Source: Callorhinchus milii (lineage: Eukaryota). Taken from it: a stretch of DNA of 64,000 nt. This document shows positions 23,238 through 36,070 of this stretch, in pieces; position 1 is the stretch's first letter, and every line of letters begins with the position of its first letter. The DNA lies in assembly GCF_018977255.1 (NCBI RefSeq), contig NW_024704742.1:53198001-53262000 (forward strand). Reading direction: 5' to 3'. The notes below the pieces were generated by a model, which did not search any database, was not told the DNA's origin, and saw only the letters and a list, made by a program, of their open reading frames with translations. The position numbers were made by a program, and so were the translations under genes.

Positions 23238-24205
23238 CAACATAAAAACATAAGAACATCGGAACAGGAGTAGTCCATTCAGCCTTCGAGCCTGTTCCAC
23301 CATTTAATTAGATCATGGCTGATCTGTACCTCAACTAATCCTTATAATTCCAAATTCCCGATTTCTCCCCATATCCCTTAACACCCTGACCTACCAAAAA
23401 TCTATCAACCTCACTCTTGAAGGTGTGGATGGATCTACATCTAGGGCCTTTTGGGGAGAGAATTCCAGATTTCTACCACACTTTGAGTAAAAAAATGCTT
23501 CCTGATTTCACTCTTAAATGGCCTGGTTCTAATTTTAATACTATGTCCCCTGTTTTGGATTCCTCCACCAGAGCAAATAGCTTCTCTGTGTCGACCCTAT
23601 CAAATCCCTTTATCATCTTAAATACCTTAATCAAATCACCCCTCAACCTTCTAAACTCAAGGGAATACAATTCAAGTTTACGCAGCCTTTCCTCGTAACT
23701 TAACCCTTTTTTAGGCCTGGTAACATTCTGGTGAACCTGAGCTGCACCCTCTCCAGGGCCAATATATCTTTCCTGAGGTGTAGTACCCAGAACTGAACGC
23801 AGTACTCCAGATGGGGTCTGACTGACGCTCTATACAGCTGAAGCATCATGTCTTCCCTTTTGTATTCCAGACCCCTTGAGATAAAAGCCAATATTCCATT
23901 CACCTTTTTGATTACCTTTTGCACCTGGGAACTAGTTTTTAATGATTTGCGGATATGGACCCAAATCTCTTTGCTCCTCCACAGTTCTTCATTTCTCCAC
24001 ATTGAGAAAATATACTGCTGCATTTTTTCTCGGTCCATAATGGATGACATCGCACTTCCCTACATTGAACTCCATCTGCCACAGCTTTGCCCAGTCACTT
24101 AATTGGTCTAAGTCTCTTTGTAACTTCTTACTCCCATCTACACAAATTACTGAGCCTCCGAGCTTAGTGTCGCTTGGAAACTTGGATGCAAAACTTTCTA
24201 TTCCT
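23238..24205 (-). mobile_element. CR1-type LINE 3' fragment (RT C-terminal region, disrupted)
   Basis: Minus-strand peptides LYRASVRPHLEYCVQFW, LERVQLRFTRMLPGL and YSLEFRRLRGDLIKVFKMIKGFDRVD are hallmark CR1 ORF2 motifs; 3' end ...AACATAAGAACAT. Confidence 0.92.
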
Positions 24206-24747
24206 TACATTATGAGGCACTGGAAATTACATTCTTGGTTAATTTCAGTCCCTAAAGTGATGGCCAATTATTTTGGAGAAAGACAGGGTTGGAAAATACA
24301 AATGTAATTTGATGATTCTCACCAGTGATAAATATCACACCATGTACCCCACTTGTCACCCATATTATGTTCTTTACTGGAGCGTTGCCTTCTCTTGCAA
24401 ACATAATTTCACATACCACCCTACATTACTCCTCAATACAGCATCTAATGAGAGCACCGTAGTGACTTTCTCATGTGGAACCCTAAAGAGGCTCCTATAT
24501 CCCAGGTAAATTACATTACGTTTGGCTTATAATGTAGCAGCAAACATGTTTGAACTTGTGACAATTTTGGAATGTTCCTCGTCATTTTGAGAGTTAAGTA
24601 GGTCTGGGTTGTTTCCCAATGTCTGCGTGACCTTAAACTGTGATCTGAACAACTAAACCATTTAAATCATTTTATCTGTGATGTTCATTCAGTCTAGAAC
24701 ACTTTCTCCCCTCTCCCTTTGCCACTCCACAGCGGAGTTATATAATA

Positions 24748-24935
24748 TATAATAATCCTTATGTTTGATATAGCTTTATCTCATCTTTGAGACATCTCAA
24801 AGCGCTTCACAGAACATACTGTAAAGTGAATTTTTAAGGGAATATTACCCCCGGAAAAGCGATCTGCCAATCGACTAACAACCCAGTCCTCTCGCTTGTG
24901 AGGCAAATGCTCTAACAACTAAGCTACAAGACTCC
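24748..24935 (-). mobile_element. Young SINE (long form) with internal deletions
   Basis: Tail, part of the long-form insert (GGAAAAGCGATCTGCCAATCGACTAACAAC) and head (CTCGCTTGTGAGGC...AGCTACAAGACTCC). Confidence 0.75.
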
Positions 24936-26349
24936 AGGACTTGTACTATTCATGTCTCTGATAACTGCATTGACCTCACTCTTCTCTTCGTAAATTAGAG
25001 CTTTGAGTCTCAACTATGCTTGTGGCTCTTTGAATCTTTAATGCACCAATGTCTTTTTGAAACATACCACACCCTGGGGCAGCTCTGCTCCACCTGCCAG
25101 TATGGATCCTAAAATGTTGGTTGTGGATTATATTTCCGAGTCTGAGCAAAGGAGTAAATACTGGAACCTCATCCTATGCAATTGACTCCAGCTAATTTGC
25201 ACTCCCTCTACTCCCTGATGCCCTTCAAACAGGAGGGTACACTGTGGGAAATCTGTCCTGGCATGCATGATGGGTAAGTATAAAAGCATTATGATAGAAT
25301 TTTGCTTGGGGGAGAGGAGTTGATGGGAGTCAGCAGACTTTACTGTTTACAGAGTTTTGAACACCAGACATTAGAAAAATCTGCAATGAAATGCAGGGTC
25401 TGTCAAAAGGTATTCACAGAAGCGCCTTACCTTTTGGAATCAGACTCAGGTAAACAAAACCTTTATGCATTCAAGGAACTGGTCTTTAACAGAACGGCTG
25501 CCAGTACTGTACTGCAGCCTTGATTAAGTTGCTGTAAGAACAAAATTACTACCATTGATGAATCAGGTCATTTTTGATGACTTCAAGTCACATATTGCAC
25601 CAAAGAAAGCAATTTTCTGAAATATCTGAAAATACATAATGGAAAATGAATAAACCTTCAGTTTTTCACAAATTATTTAAGGTTGAATTTAAGAGTTTTC
25701 CACATGTTTTAAGGCAGCATGATCTTATAAAACAGGAACAGGTTGAATATCAAACCGTAGGTCTTCAAGATGTTGAAGAAAGGGGAAAAGATTTGGATTG
25801 TGGCTGGTTAAGGAATAGAACACTTTGGAAGGTGAGTTTCCAGCCCTTGATGTGTGTCTATTAATTGGATAAATTAGTCTATTTATACAAAGCAATAATT
25901 ATCACAGGTCTGAGTATATTTAATGTCACATAGATCCTTTCTGTCATCTTCCTTAAGTCCACTTATGTATTCAGAATTGAGAATGGAGTTTCTCCCGGTG
26001 TTCTGGCCACCAATCCTCCAAATAAAATTGGTCATTCGTTTCATGGTTGTTTATGGGACATATCTGGGTAATTGGGCTGCCGCATTTGCCTACAAATACC
26101 TCCATTTCACAGTAAGTCCTGTGAAGCACCTTAAGACGTCCTTCTGATGTGACAGGATACCATACCAAATGCAAGTTATATTATTATTAACAGCATACAA
26201 ACAACCCTGGTCTGAGTTACCAAAACTCAGGTAAAACCTACAAGTTGAAAGACAAACTGATGACTTGGCTTTAGGTTGTCAACACTGGGAATGTTGTCTA
26301 TCTCTGGCATATCTGGGAAATCCAGATTTGATACTTAAGGAATCTCCTA

Positions 26350-26850
26350 ATTTAGACTGCATGTTAGACCCCTATGAGTGTTGGCAGGGTATTTGATCAT
26401 GGTGGCGACAGCTGAGTATAATTCTATCCTGATTTGATATCTGGACAAGTGCTCTTTACAACTGAGTTCACTGGATAGCAGTCAGGAGTGAGAACCCTGA
26501 CTGATCTGACTTTTCCCTGGTGAGCAGAGGCCAACTTTGGTATCAGTCATTTCCCAATTACAAATTCAATACAGACCAGATTTGAACCTGTGACCTTTGA
26601 GTCTGTGGGACAGTGCTGGGGAAAGGAATATCAACTAGGGTTACTTTTGCTGAGTGACCTCTCTTGTGTTTATGGATGTCAGTCGACAACTGGATAGAAT
26701 CAGTTGTTCCTGTGGGGGAATAGCCTGCTGACACTCGGTGCCTTGAGTCACACATAGATTGGGGAGACCTACTGATTCCTATAAAGTTGTACCCATTAGT
26801 ATAATGCCTTCAGGAGAGCAGATGAGGTGGGGGACGGGGGGGGAGAAAGA
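26350..26850. mobile_element. Two adjacent LF-SINE-like fragments, head-to-head (~26350-26610 minus, ~26630-26850 plus)
   Basis: GAGTGTTGGCAGGGTATTTG...CTGGATAGCAGTCAGGAG on one side; GAATAGCCTGCTGACACTC...GCCTTCAGGAGAG on the other. Confidence 0.6.
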
Positions 26851-26869
26851 AAGAAAGAAAGAACTTGAA

Positions 26870-27265
26870 TTTTTATAGCATCAAAGCATTTTACAGTCAT
26901 TATTGTCAAGTATAGTGAGCATTCTTTTAGGCAAACATAGCAGTCAATTTGCACAGTCTCACAAACAGCCAAGAGTTGACTGACCAATTTATCGAGAAGA
27001 ATGTTGGGTAGGACACTAAGAAAAACTCTTGTCTCTTTCCGAATAATGCCATGGGATCTTTTAATGCTTATGAGCATGAACTGGTAGATGGGACCTCAGT
27101 TTAGGATTTCCTCCAAAGGACGGTGCCTCTGACAATGAAGACCTCCCCCAGTGCTGCACTGGAGTGTCAGCTTAGCCTGTGAGCTAAAGCCCTGCTATAG
27201 GGCTAAATCTACAACCTTGTGATGCAGAGGTGAGAGTGCTACCAACTGAGCCAAGTTGACACCTA
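26870..27265 (-). mobile_element. Deu-domain SINE, near full length
   Basis: ATGCCATGGGATCTTTTAATG...GGGACCTCAGTTTA...CTGGAGTGTCAGC...GAGAGTGCTACCAACTGAGCCAAGTTGACAC. Confidence 0.8.
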
Positions 27266-28371
27266 GTTCAAAATGAAAAGAAGCAGACCCATTTGCAAAC
27301 TTACTACTTAGGATATTGCTAACATGGAATGTATATTTGTAATAGAAGAATTACTAACCCCATCCCATTTTAAATGATATGCTATGATTTTGTAATGCTC
27401 TGTTTGTGTAATTGTTTTTCTGGTGGGTCAAATTGAGGAGATATAACAAAGGTGTGTGGTTGTGGAATGACATGACACAAAGTCTGTAAATCCTCACTGT
27501 TACTCAGAACAAACACCCTGCTGTGGTTCAAGACAAATTTGTTCTGCAGCTGCCACACCTATAGTTTCAATATACACTGAAGCTAGTGTAAAATGTAGCC
27601 GTAAGCACACTAATAACATTAACATGCTGTTTGGTGGAGCTGCTCTTTTGTTCTCCTGCCAAGTGTGCAGATGACACCATTTAAGAATTCCCAAATTCTG
27701 AACTAAATCATTATCACACGTGTGCAGCCCTTTTCCCTGAATTTTATGTATTTTTTTCCCTTCAATTTTCTCTCTACCTTTCCTGAAGGTCCTGACTCAT
27801 GCTGGGAGTTGGATCATTTCGTACCTAAATCCCACTAAAATATAACAGATAGCCCACATGTTATAATATTGTCCTTGCATTAAAAAAGAATCACCTTCTG
27901 GAAGTTCACTTTCTCTTTATGCAGTTTCTAACAAGTTAACCAATGACTCAGTTGGTAAATTCTTTGCTCATTGTGGAACTGAGCCTTAGTGATTTAGGCA
28001 GGACTTAGGTTTAAATGTTGGGCTTTGCTGAGTTAACTGTAACTGTAACTGCAGTACACGTTTAGTCATTTTTCCCCTCCCCACCCCCCTCGGCTCCAAT
28101 CCTCAGCTCGGGTGCCTAGCCAGGACTGTTAAGTGACTTGGGACATCCTCCCAATATGAATGGCGTTACATAAATGTAAATCTGTATTGTTGTATTGTAT
28201 TCTGATTGTTGGAAGATATATACTAGAATATTATCATGGAATCATTTATTTAACTTTAATATGTATTGAGTGAAGTGCTTTGGGTCCTCACGTGGAAGAA
28301 CATATATCTTAAATGTGCTTAGGATCATCCAGGCACCAATCCAACCTAAACAGTCACTGTTATCTTTGGAA

Positions 28372-28562
28372 ATCTGGAATATTAATCCAAGAGCCTGTGT
28401 ATCCATTAATTGAACCTGGAGTGTTGATCCAGGAGCCTGAAGAGTTGATTGAAGAGCCTGGTGCATTCATTAGATAAAACTGGAATGTTAATCCAGGAGT
28501 CTGCAGCATTCACTAGTTAAACCTGGAGTGTTGATACAGGAGTTTGGAATGTTAATCCAGAA
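28372..28562. repeat. Degenerate minisatellite, ~20-bp core CTGGA(G/A)TGTT(G/A)ATCCAGGAG with ~42-bp higher-order spacing
   Basis: About six imperfect copies directly visible. Confidence 0.7.
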
Positions 28563-30049
28563 GTGTGGATTAACTGTTGGCTATATTTGGAATATCTTTC
28601 AGGAAATTTCTAGACAATCACTGTCCTGTTAGGACCTTGGTTAGGTAAAGCCACAGAGGCAATACAGCTAACAGATCAACTATAATTTGACAACTGATGT
28701 TTAGTATAATCCACCTAAATTTATGGTTGTGTAAAATTGCACAAAGCGGATTGTTGGGTAGGACTCTGGAAGAAACTCCCTTTTCTTTTTTGAATAGTGT
28801 CATGGGATGTTTAATGCTCATGTGTACAGGCAGACAGGACTCCACCTTAGAGTCCCTCAGACTTGTCCATTCCCTCCCCAATTCCAAAGTCCACCTCAAG
28901 ACTCCTTGACTGCACTTGTGGTCCTCATTCCCTTCCCCACCCTTTTGAGCTCCCAGCACCCAGTTCGGGTCCTCACTCAGCAGTATAAAGTGTTTTGACA
29001 TCCTCTGGACATGGAAAGTGCTATATAATGTCAGTCAATTCACTTTGCTGCATATTCTGTGAAGCGCTTTGAGATGTCTAGAAGACATCTAGAAGAAGTG
29101 CAAAGCGCTATATCAAATGCAAGGATTATTATTATTATTATTTTATTGAGACTGGGTCAAAAAAGTACCTTCAGCAGGAAGTAGTAACTTCACTGGCACA
29201 TAACCTGTGACACAAGCTGTGTTATGTGCAGGAACACCCACAGATGTCAAGCCAACTCATGAGACCTTTGCTCTGAAGCAATCTTGGATTAAAACCAATG
29301 TCTCATGAGTCAACTTGTCATACTTGGGATCCCTTCAGAAAGAAAACACACTATATATTCATTGTGAGGCACTATTTCCAGCAGTGAGTTGCCAGAATCA
29401 TTACTACTCCCCGAGGAAAGGTTTTTCAACCCTATTCTCACCCTTTAGTAAATAATATGGTTATGCTCCATTCAGTACTTTATGTACGTTAATGCAAAAT
29501 ATGAACTGTGTCAAGAATTCCTTTATCAGAGATGAACATTACATATTTAAGAGTTGAATGCGCCAGGATGAGTCACTGGCATCATTATGCTCAGTCTAAT
29601 CTAGCATACCATGTTACAAACATTGCAGGAATGCCTAATGGCGCACCAGATCTCCCCATGTTACAAAGTACTGTATATTCAGACTGACAGAGCCTGTGCT
29701 TGCACCACATTGCAGTCCAGTCACTGAGGCAATCGGGTTAGTCTCACCTTGGGTCTGCACTTGCCACATTCCCAGCATTTTTCACATGCGATACTCAAAG
29801 TGTGCCTCAAAAAACAATCACTTCAGAGTGCACTTGATGTGCTCAGAGGGCTGACATGAAAAGGTTGGCAAACGAAAAGAAAAGGCAATTTGTAAGACAG
29901 CCAATGCGAGATGTCAACCCATGCCGCATGCTGGGAGAGCACTCAGGAAGCCTCATTCTCAAACATCTGTGCCACACATGGCAGAGATTTGTTCATTGCA
30001 TTCAGCAACCCATTTGCCGATATTTTCTCTTCAACAATTTATAAATACT

Positions 30050-30780
30050 CCCCTCTAATAATACTACAACTAATAACTGATATTACGACATTCAAGTCAG
30101 AAGGACATCACAAAGTGATTCACAAGATTTTACTGTGAAGTGTAGTGACTGGGTATCATGCAGGTGAACATGATAGCTAAGTTGTGCACAGCAAAGTCCC
30201 ACAAATAGTCATGAAGTGAATGAATCATAGAATCATGGAATTATACAGCACAGAAGGAGGCCATTCGGCCCATTGTGCCTGTGCCGGCTCTTTTAAAAGA
30301 GCTATACAAATCAATCCCACTCCCCACTCTCTCCCCATAGCCCTGCAAACTTGTCCTCTCCAAATAATTATCACTACTTCCAGCTGTAGATGTGGTTGTG
30401 CCACTTAATAATATTCAAAATCCCTTTGGCAAAATACGTTTTTTTTGGAGGAAAATAATAATTGTAATAGTAATCCTGCCATTGCATATAGTGCCTTATC
30501 ATGACTAATTTTATTTGGGGGATTGTTGGCCAGGACACCGGGAGAATCTCCCTTCACTTTTTGAATGCTATCATTCAATCCATAATGTCCACTGGAACAG
30601 GCAGATGGGACCTGGGATTAATGTTGTATCTGAAGGTCAGCACCTCCAACATTGCAGCAAACCTGCTGTACCACATTGTCGTGTCAGCCTAGACTAAGTG
30701 AATTGATAGTCCCGACGTGGGGCTTGAACTCTCAAACTTCAGACAAGAGTGCTACCAAATTAAACAGATTGACACCTAGT
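30050..30780 (-). mobile_element. Deu-domain SINE interrupted by a CR1 3' end (~30222-30365) and a templated 59-bp duplicate
   Basis: SINE blocks resume at ~30500; the insert begins ATCATAGAATCATGGAATTATACAGCACAGAAGGAGGCCATTCGGCCCA (CR1-type 3' end). Confidence 0.7.
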
Positions 30781-32504
30781 CAGGCATGAAGGCTCACGCA
30801 CAAGATGCTAACCTACCTTTTTCTTTCAGGTGTTGATTCACCAACTATGCACTAAGCATTTCCAGTTTTCTTTCTGCCTCAATGCTCATAGGTGTGATTT
30901 GCCAGCTACTTTTACAAATAGCAACCACTTGTCAGACAAATGTAATTCCTTTCTTAAAAATGTGAATTTGTGTGGTGCATTGTGAAGACCAGTTGAAAGG
31001 ATCATCGTGAAGTTCAGATGACACTGGTATCTGAGTCAAGGTATATCTCCCATGTTATCACTACTTCCAGCTGTAGCTGTGGTTGTGCCACTTAATAATA
31101 TCCAAATTCCCTTCTTTTTTTCATTATAACTGTACTCAAAATCAGGTTGTGCTTACGACCCATGGCACTTTAGAATTGCAATGCAGTTGCTTTTGTATCT
31201 CCCAACCCCTGTAAAATCTGGCTGCAGCTTTTATTCAGAACTGACTTAGATTCGAGTGTATGTTCCTGATGAGTATATGCGGGAAACAAAAATGTTTCCA
31301 TTTCATCAGGTTTATTTTGAAAAGGGCAGATGGTAACCACCATCTTTTTTCACGTGTCAGCTTTAAGTCGGGAGAAGAAACATGGCTGATTGCAGGCAAA
31401 TCAAGACATTCCTACACCAGGTTCCGGCAGGCCTTCCCCCTTTCCATTAAATTACATAGGTTTTACTTTATATGGAAAAGTAGTGTTCTAGCTTTCCAGC
31501 AGGAATGTCGGTTCATTTCATACAAATCACGTAGTGTATTTACAATGTAGTAGATGTGTTGGCATGATTCCCACAGTGACACGAGTCACTGTAATAAAAA
31601 CATGCCTTTCCAAACTGCCGCAATGGATCAGTTGGTAACCCCACTGCTGTTGGATCCTGAAGTTCAAGGAAACAATACTAGCTTTGTGGATTTGACTCAT
31701 AACTTTACCGAGGACTGAGGCGAGCAAATAACATCCAAAACCAACTATGTACCAAGAATTGTCGAGTGTACGAAGCAATTTTTAGAATTCAAAAACATTG
31801 AGGCCTATCTGTGGCCGGTCCCAAAGTAAAATTTTTTTTTGAAATAAGCTACACTACTCCCTTACTTTTGAACTGAATTATTTGCCAAATAGATTTCTAG
31901 CTCCCTCTTGAATTTGCTGTCTCCATTAGCACCCTATTTTGCCTTTTCCACATACAGTACATAATACTATCTGTATAAAAATGTTACATTTGAGACACTG
32001 CACATTGCATGGAGGTGTGGCGACAATCAATAGAACTGAAGATATGAGTCACTTCATCTGAGAGCTCATTTCCATTTCCAAATGCCATTTCCAAGTTCCT
32101 GCTGAATAAGGCCTAAGTACAAGAAAATGTAGCTCAGTTTATATAGGTTATCCAAATGACAGCAAAACCAAATTACAGCACATTCTGCCTCACTCTTTGG
32201 ACCAATGCTATACTGATGCCACACTTCACTAAGGAACCTCTCTCTAAAGCATTCCAGTCAATTATCTATGCTGCTGCTTGATAGCCAGAACATTCAATAT
32301 AGCAACAGGGCATTAGCAACTTTAGTAACTACTGTATTCAGAGGTTGTCTTTTCTCCTTTTAATGCCTTTTTGCTTGTGCTGTTGCAGAATACTGCAGCC
32401 TGCAGTGATACAAGATGCTATTTTCATTCCCTGTCTGTGATGAGCTGGTCTGAGCTGATGTAACAGTAGCAACCCTATAATTGGCTTCTGTGTTCCTGGG
32501 TTAG

Positions 32505-32700
32505 AAAGGGGTAGGAGGGTGTCCGAAAGCCCGATCGAAGATGGGGGTCTTGAGATGTGCCTTGAAGGAGGCAAGGGAGGGGGCGAGGCAAAGGGAATGT
32601 GGGATGGAGTTCCAAAGGATGGGAGCAGAGAGACCGGAGGCCTGATCAGCCAGTGGGGCGGGCAAGGCGGGGTACGTGGAACAGACCGGAGCCCGCTGAG
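32505..32700 (-). mobile_element. L2 LINE 3' fragment
   Basis: GGGGTCTTGAGATGTGCCTTGAAGGAGGCAAGGGAGGGGGCGAGG...GATGGAGTTCCA, homologous to 55340-55390 and 59787-59855. Confidence 0.75.
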
Positions 32701-33902
32701 TGGTGGGAGAAGACAGGTCGATATGGAGTTAACAGGTCACAGGGGGTTTCAGATTTGATATCCCTCTAAGCCAAATAACTTGCCTACATTCACTGCTTAA
32801 GGAATGATTTCTTGGGTAAAATCTCTGAGGGATGTCAACACATGTGAAAAAACGCCCAGGAGAGAAAGCGACCAGAAAATTGTTTATAAAATATTACGAT
32901 AATCGAATAAAATGGGCTACATAGCAAGAACTGGTTTCCCCAGAGAGTTTGAAACAATGTTTTAATTCTGAATGTTATTCTGCAGTTTTGAATTTGTAAC
33001 AGCAGAAACAAAGATGCATTTGTTACTGTTTTTACAGAGATGGGCTGTTGGATTCCATTTCCAGACAAAAGGCAATCTATTAAAGTACAGCGAAAACCCA
33101 GCTTTGATGATCTACAAATTGAACTGAGACATTCTTCGCAGGGTTTGGTTATTATTGCATTCAAATTATACTTTCTAATTGGCAACCGAAAAATACTAAT
33201 CCTAGTTTGGGACAGAACTGTATATTTACAGAGGATTTGAAAGGTCACGTCTGCGCTGTTTGTTAAGTAAAACTGATAAAGCAATGCAAGCTTTTTTGTG
33301 TCATTGACTTCAATAAAACAAATGTTTACTGGAACCTGTTCAAAGTCTTTCTGTTCCCAGCTTCCTAACAGTGCAAGTTACTACCATTTAAACAGTCTAT
33401 AAGGTTAAGCCTCTTATCTACTTTTGACCTTGAGAAACTGCAGTAAAGTAACAGTTTCTGATCAGCATCGGAAGGGTCACTCAAAAGTCAATGGATTCAA
33501 ATCCCTTTAGGTTTTTTCCACAATAAATCAACTGTTTGTCATTTATGAAGTTAAAAATGAGGAAGAATTGAAACATTTTTTCCAAAGACTGATTATTACC
33601 TTGTCAGTCAGACCAAAATGTGAAACGGTGATTTATGATCACTTTGGATTATGAGGAGTGATGCCCTCCCTCCTCAGCAATTTGGCTGTTTCTCAACAGT
33701 TTAGTCATTTATCTTATAGGTCTCCAAGTGCAAAGGAAGGGCTCCAGTGTTGCTTAATATTTGGGGGGTTGTGCAAATAGTTTCTTAAATGCTCTATAAA
33801 TGTAGACATTAATTGAAATTGTTCCAGCACAATGTAATAATTGGATATCTAGTAATATCTGCAAAGGTTTATTTTGTGAAATAAAATACATATCTGACGT
33901 TG

Positions 33903-34521
33903 TGTGTCGATTTGGCTTAGTTGGTTGCACTCTCGTCTCTGAATGAGAAGGTTTTGGGTTCAAGCCCCATGGTGGTACTTGGAACTCATATAATCTAGGA
34001 TGACACTTCTGACAGTGGTGGGGGAGAGCTGTATGTTGGAAATGCTGATATTATGATGAGATATTAAATTGAGGTCGCGTCTGTCTATTCAGGTGGATAT
34101 TAAATATCCGATGGCACTATTTGAAAAGAAGGGAATTTCTCCCAGTATCCTGGCCAACAAGCTATCAAATAAAATTGGTCACTCACTTAATTGTTTGTGG
34201 GACATTGCTGTCATTAGACTTTTTTTATTATTATTAGTTTCCTTACTCCACACACCTCTGTTTATTTAGCTGTAAGTAGAAGCCTGGCTTTTACTCGATT
34301 GGCGGATCGCTTTTCCAGGGGTAATAATCCCTTCAAAAAAATAATAAATTGGTCACTTCAATCTGCAAGTATTTGTGGGACACTGCTGTGTGCAATTGGC
34401 TGCCGCATTTTGCCCACAAAGTATACAGTCAATTCAATTTACAGTATATTCTGTAAAGCGTTTTGAGACGTCTTGAAGACATGATCATGTGCTATATGAA
34501 ATGCAAGGATTATTATTATTA
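33903..34521 (+). mobile_element. Deu-domain SINE (~33903-34210) followed by a head-less long-form young SINE (~34236-34521)
   Basis: Deu block GAGATATTAAATTGAGGTCGCGTCTGTCTATTCAGGTGGAT...ATGGCACTATTTGAAAAG, then AGTTTCCTTACTCCACACACCTCTGTTT...AAATGCAAGGATTATT. Confidence 0.8.
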
Positions 34522-34888
34522 TCATTACATTTGGCTGCCATTGCCTGAAGAGTGATGATACTGTGATGCCAATACCAGTGATATACGTACATGTGTCAGG
34601 AAATTAGTAACATATGGAATGAGAAATGGATGATCAGTTCATAGAGCCTCATTCCTTCCAACAGACCAAGATCCTATGGTGGACCTACCATAGCATACCT
34701 AATTAAATTGCCGAGGGAGGTGCATAACACAGATAACACTTCCAAGATAAACATGCAATCTCTTACTCACCTCAGCATATCAAAGTAACATTGCAATTCA
34801 CATTATTCAGGCCTGACTGGATACATTCCATAGATGACATTCCCAGAGCCCTATCTGCCCCGGAGCTCACTTACTGCAGTTATATAGA

Positions 34889-35412
34889 CCTCCACAGGTT
34901 GCAGATCATCCAGAACTCTGCAACTGTGTCCTCTCCCGCACCAGGCTCTGCGACCCCATCATCCCATCCTCGCTTGACACCAGTGGCTTCCCATCACACA
35001 GAGGATACAGTTCAAGATCCTGGTCCTCACTTTCAAAGCCCTCCATGGCCTTGGTCCCCCCTACCTCTGCAACCTCCTAAACCCCTACCAACTGGCCTGC
35101 TCCCTCCACTCAGTGGGCTCCGGCCTGATTCACATCCCCCGCCTCGCCCGCCCCACCATTGGCGAGCAGGCCTTCAGCCACTCTGCCCCTACCCTCTGGA
35201 AGTCCATTCCACAGTCCCTCCACCTCGCCCCTTCCATTGTCTCCTTCAAGACCCGTCTCAAGACCCTCTTCTTTGACCGTGTCTTCGGTCACCCTCCTTC
35301 CCCTGTGCCCTTCACCCTCCCCGATACCAACCCTCAGCTCGTGTCCAAAACAGTGCCTTGGGACATTCTCCCAACGTGAAAGAGGCTGTACAAATGTAAT
35401 TTTGTTGTTGTT
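34889..35412 (+). mobile_element. L2 LINE 3' fragment
   Basis: Peptides LHRLQIIQNSA and GEQAFSHSAPTLWKSIPQSLHLAPSIVSFKTRLKTLFFDRVF; tail TTGGGACATTCTCCCAACGTGAAAGAGGCTGTACAAATGTAATTTTGTTGTTG. Confidence 0.9.
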
Positions 35413-35635
35413 TTTGTTATTTCTAGCTCTGAATGATTTTCTGAGCTGTGATTTGAATTTGCAACACTGTTATAGTAAAAATAAACGTTCATGTGCTTCT
35501 TTTGTGTACCTATTCTTAACCAGACATTTGTTTAACTTCTGATATTTAGGACATAATTGAAATGTAATTAACTGCTTTTAAAGGGAAGGTGTTACCTTAT
35601 GATAGACTATCCTTATAATTGACTACCACTTAATA

Positions 35636-36070
35636 GTAATAATCCTTACATTTGATATAGATTCTTTCACATCGGAAGAAAGTCTCAAAGCATATCACAG
35701 GATTTACTGTAAATTGTACTGACTTTCAATTTGTAGGCAAAATGCATCAGTCAATTTATGCCGGCAATATCCCACAAGGAGCCATGAAGTGAATAATCCA
35801 GTTTATCTGAGGTATCATTGGCCAGGATCGCGGGTGAAACTCCCTTATTGTTTTAAAAAGTACCATGGAATCTTTAACGTCCACCTGTATAGGCAGACGG
35901 GACCTTGATTTAATGTCTCACCTGAAGGACAGCACCTCCAACAATGGTGCATATTACCTCCCTGCCTGTACTGTATTGGGGATTGGAGTGTCAGCCTGCA
36001 CCAAGAGTTCAAAGTCCCAATGTGAGACCTGAACGCACTACTTTCTGAAGTAGAAGTGAGAGTGCTACAA
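35636..36070 (-). mobile_element. Deu-domain SINE, near full length
   Basis: Tail to head collinear, including CCATGGAATCTTTAACGTCCACCTG..AGGCAGACGGGACC...TTTAATGTCTCACCTGAAGGACAGCACCTCC. Confidence 0.85.

Noticed and set aside
23417..24102. Annotating LINE-derived ORFs (here and at 35113, 55562, 59772) as functional CDS
   Set aside because: They are 5'-truncated, frameshifted CR1/L2 remnants with no intact ORF2.
25302..25523. Zinc-finger-like peptide KCRVCQKVFTEAPYL
   Set aside because: It lacks the histidine ligands of a C2H2 finger and has no partner exons; likely chance.
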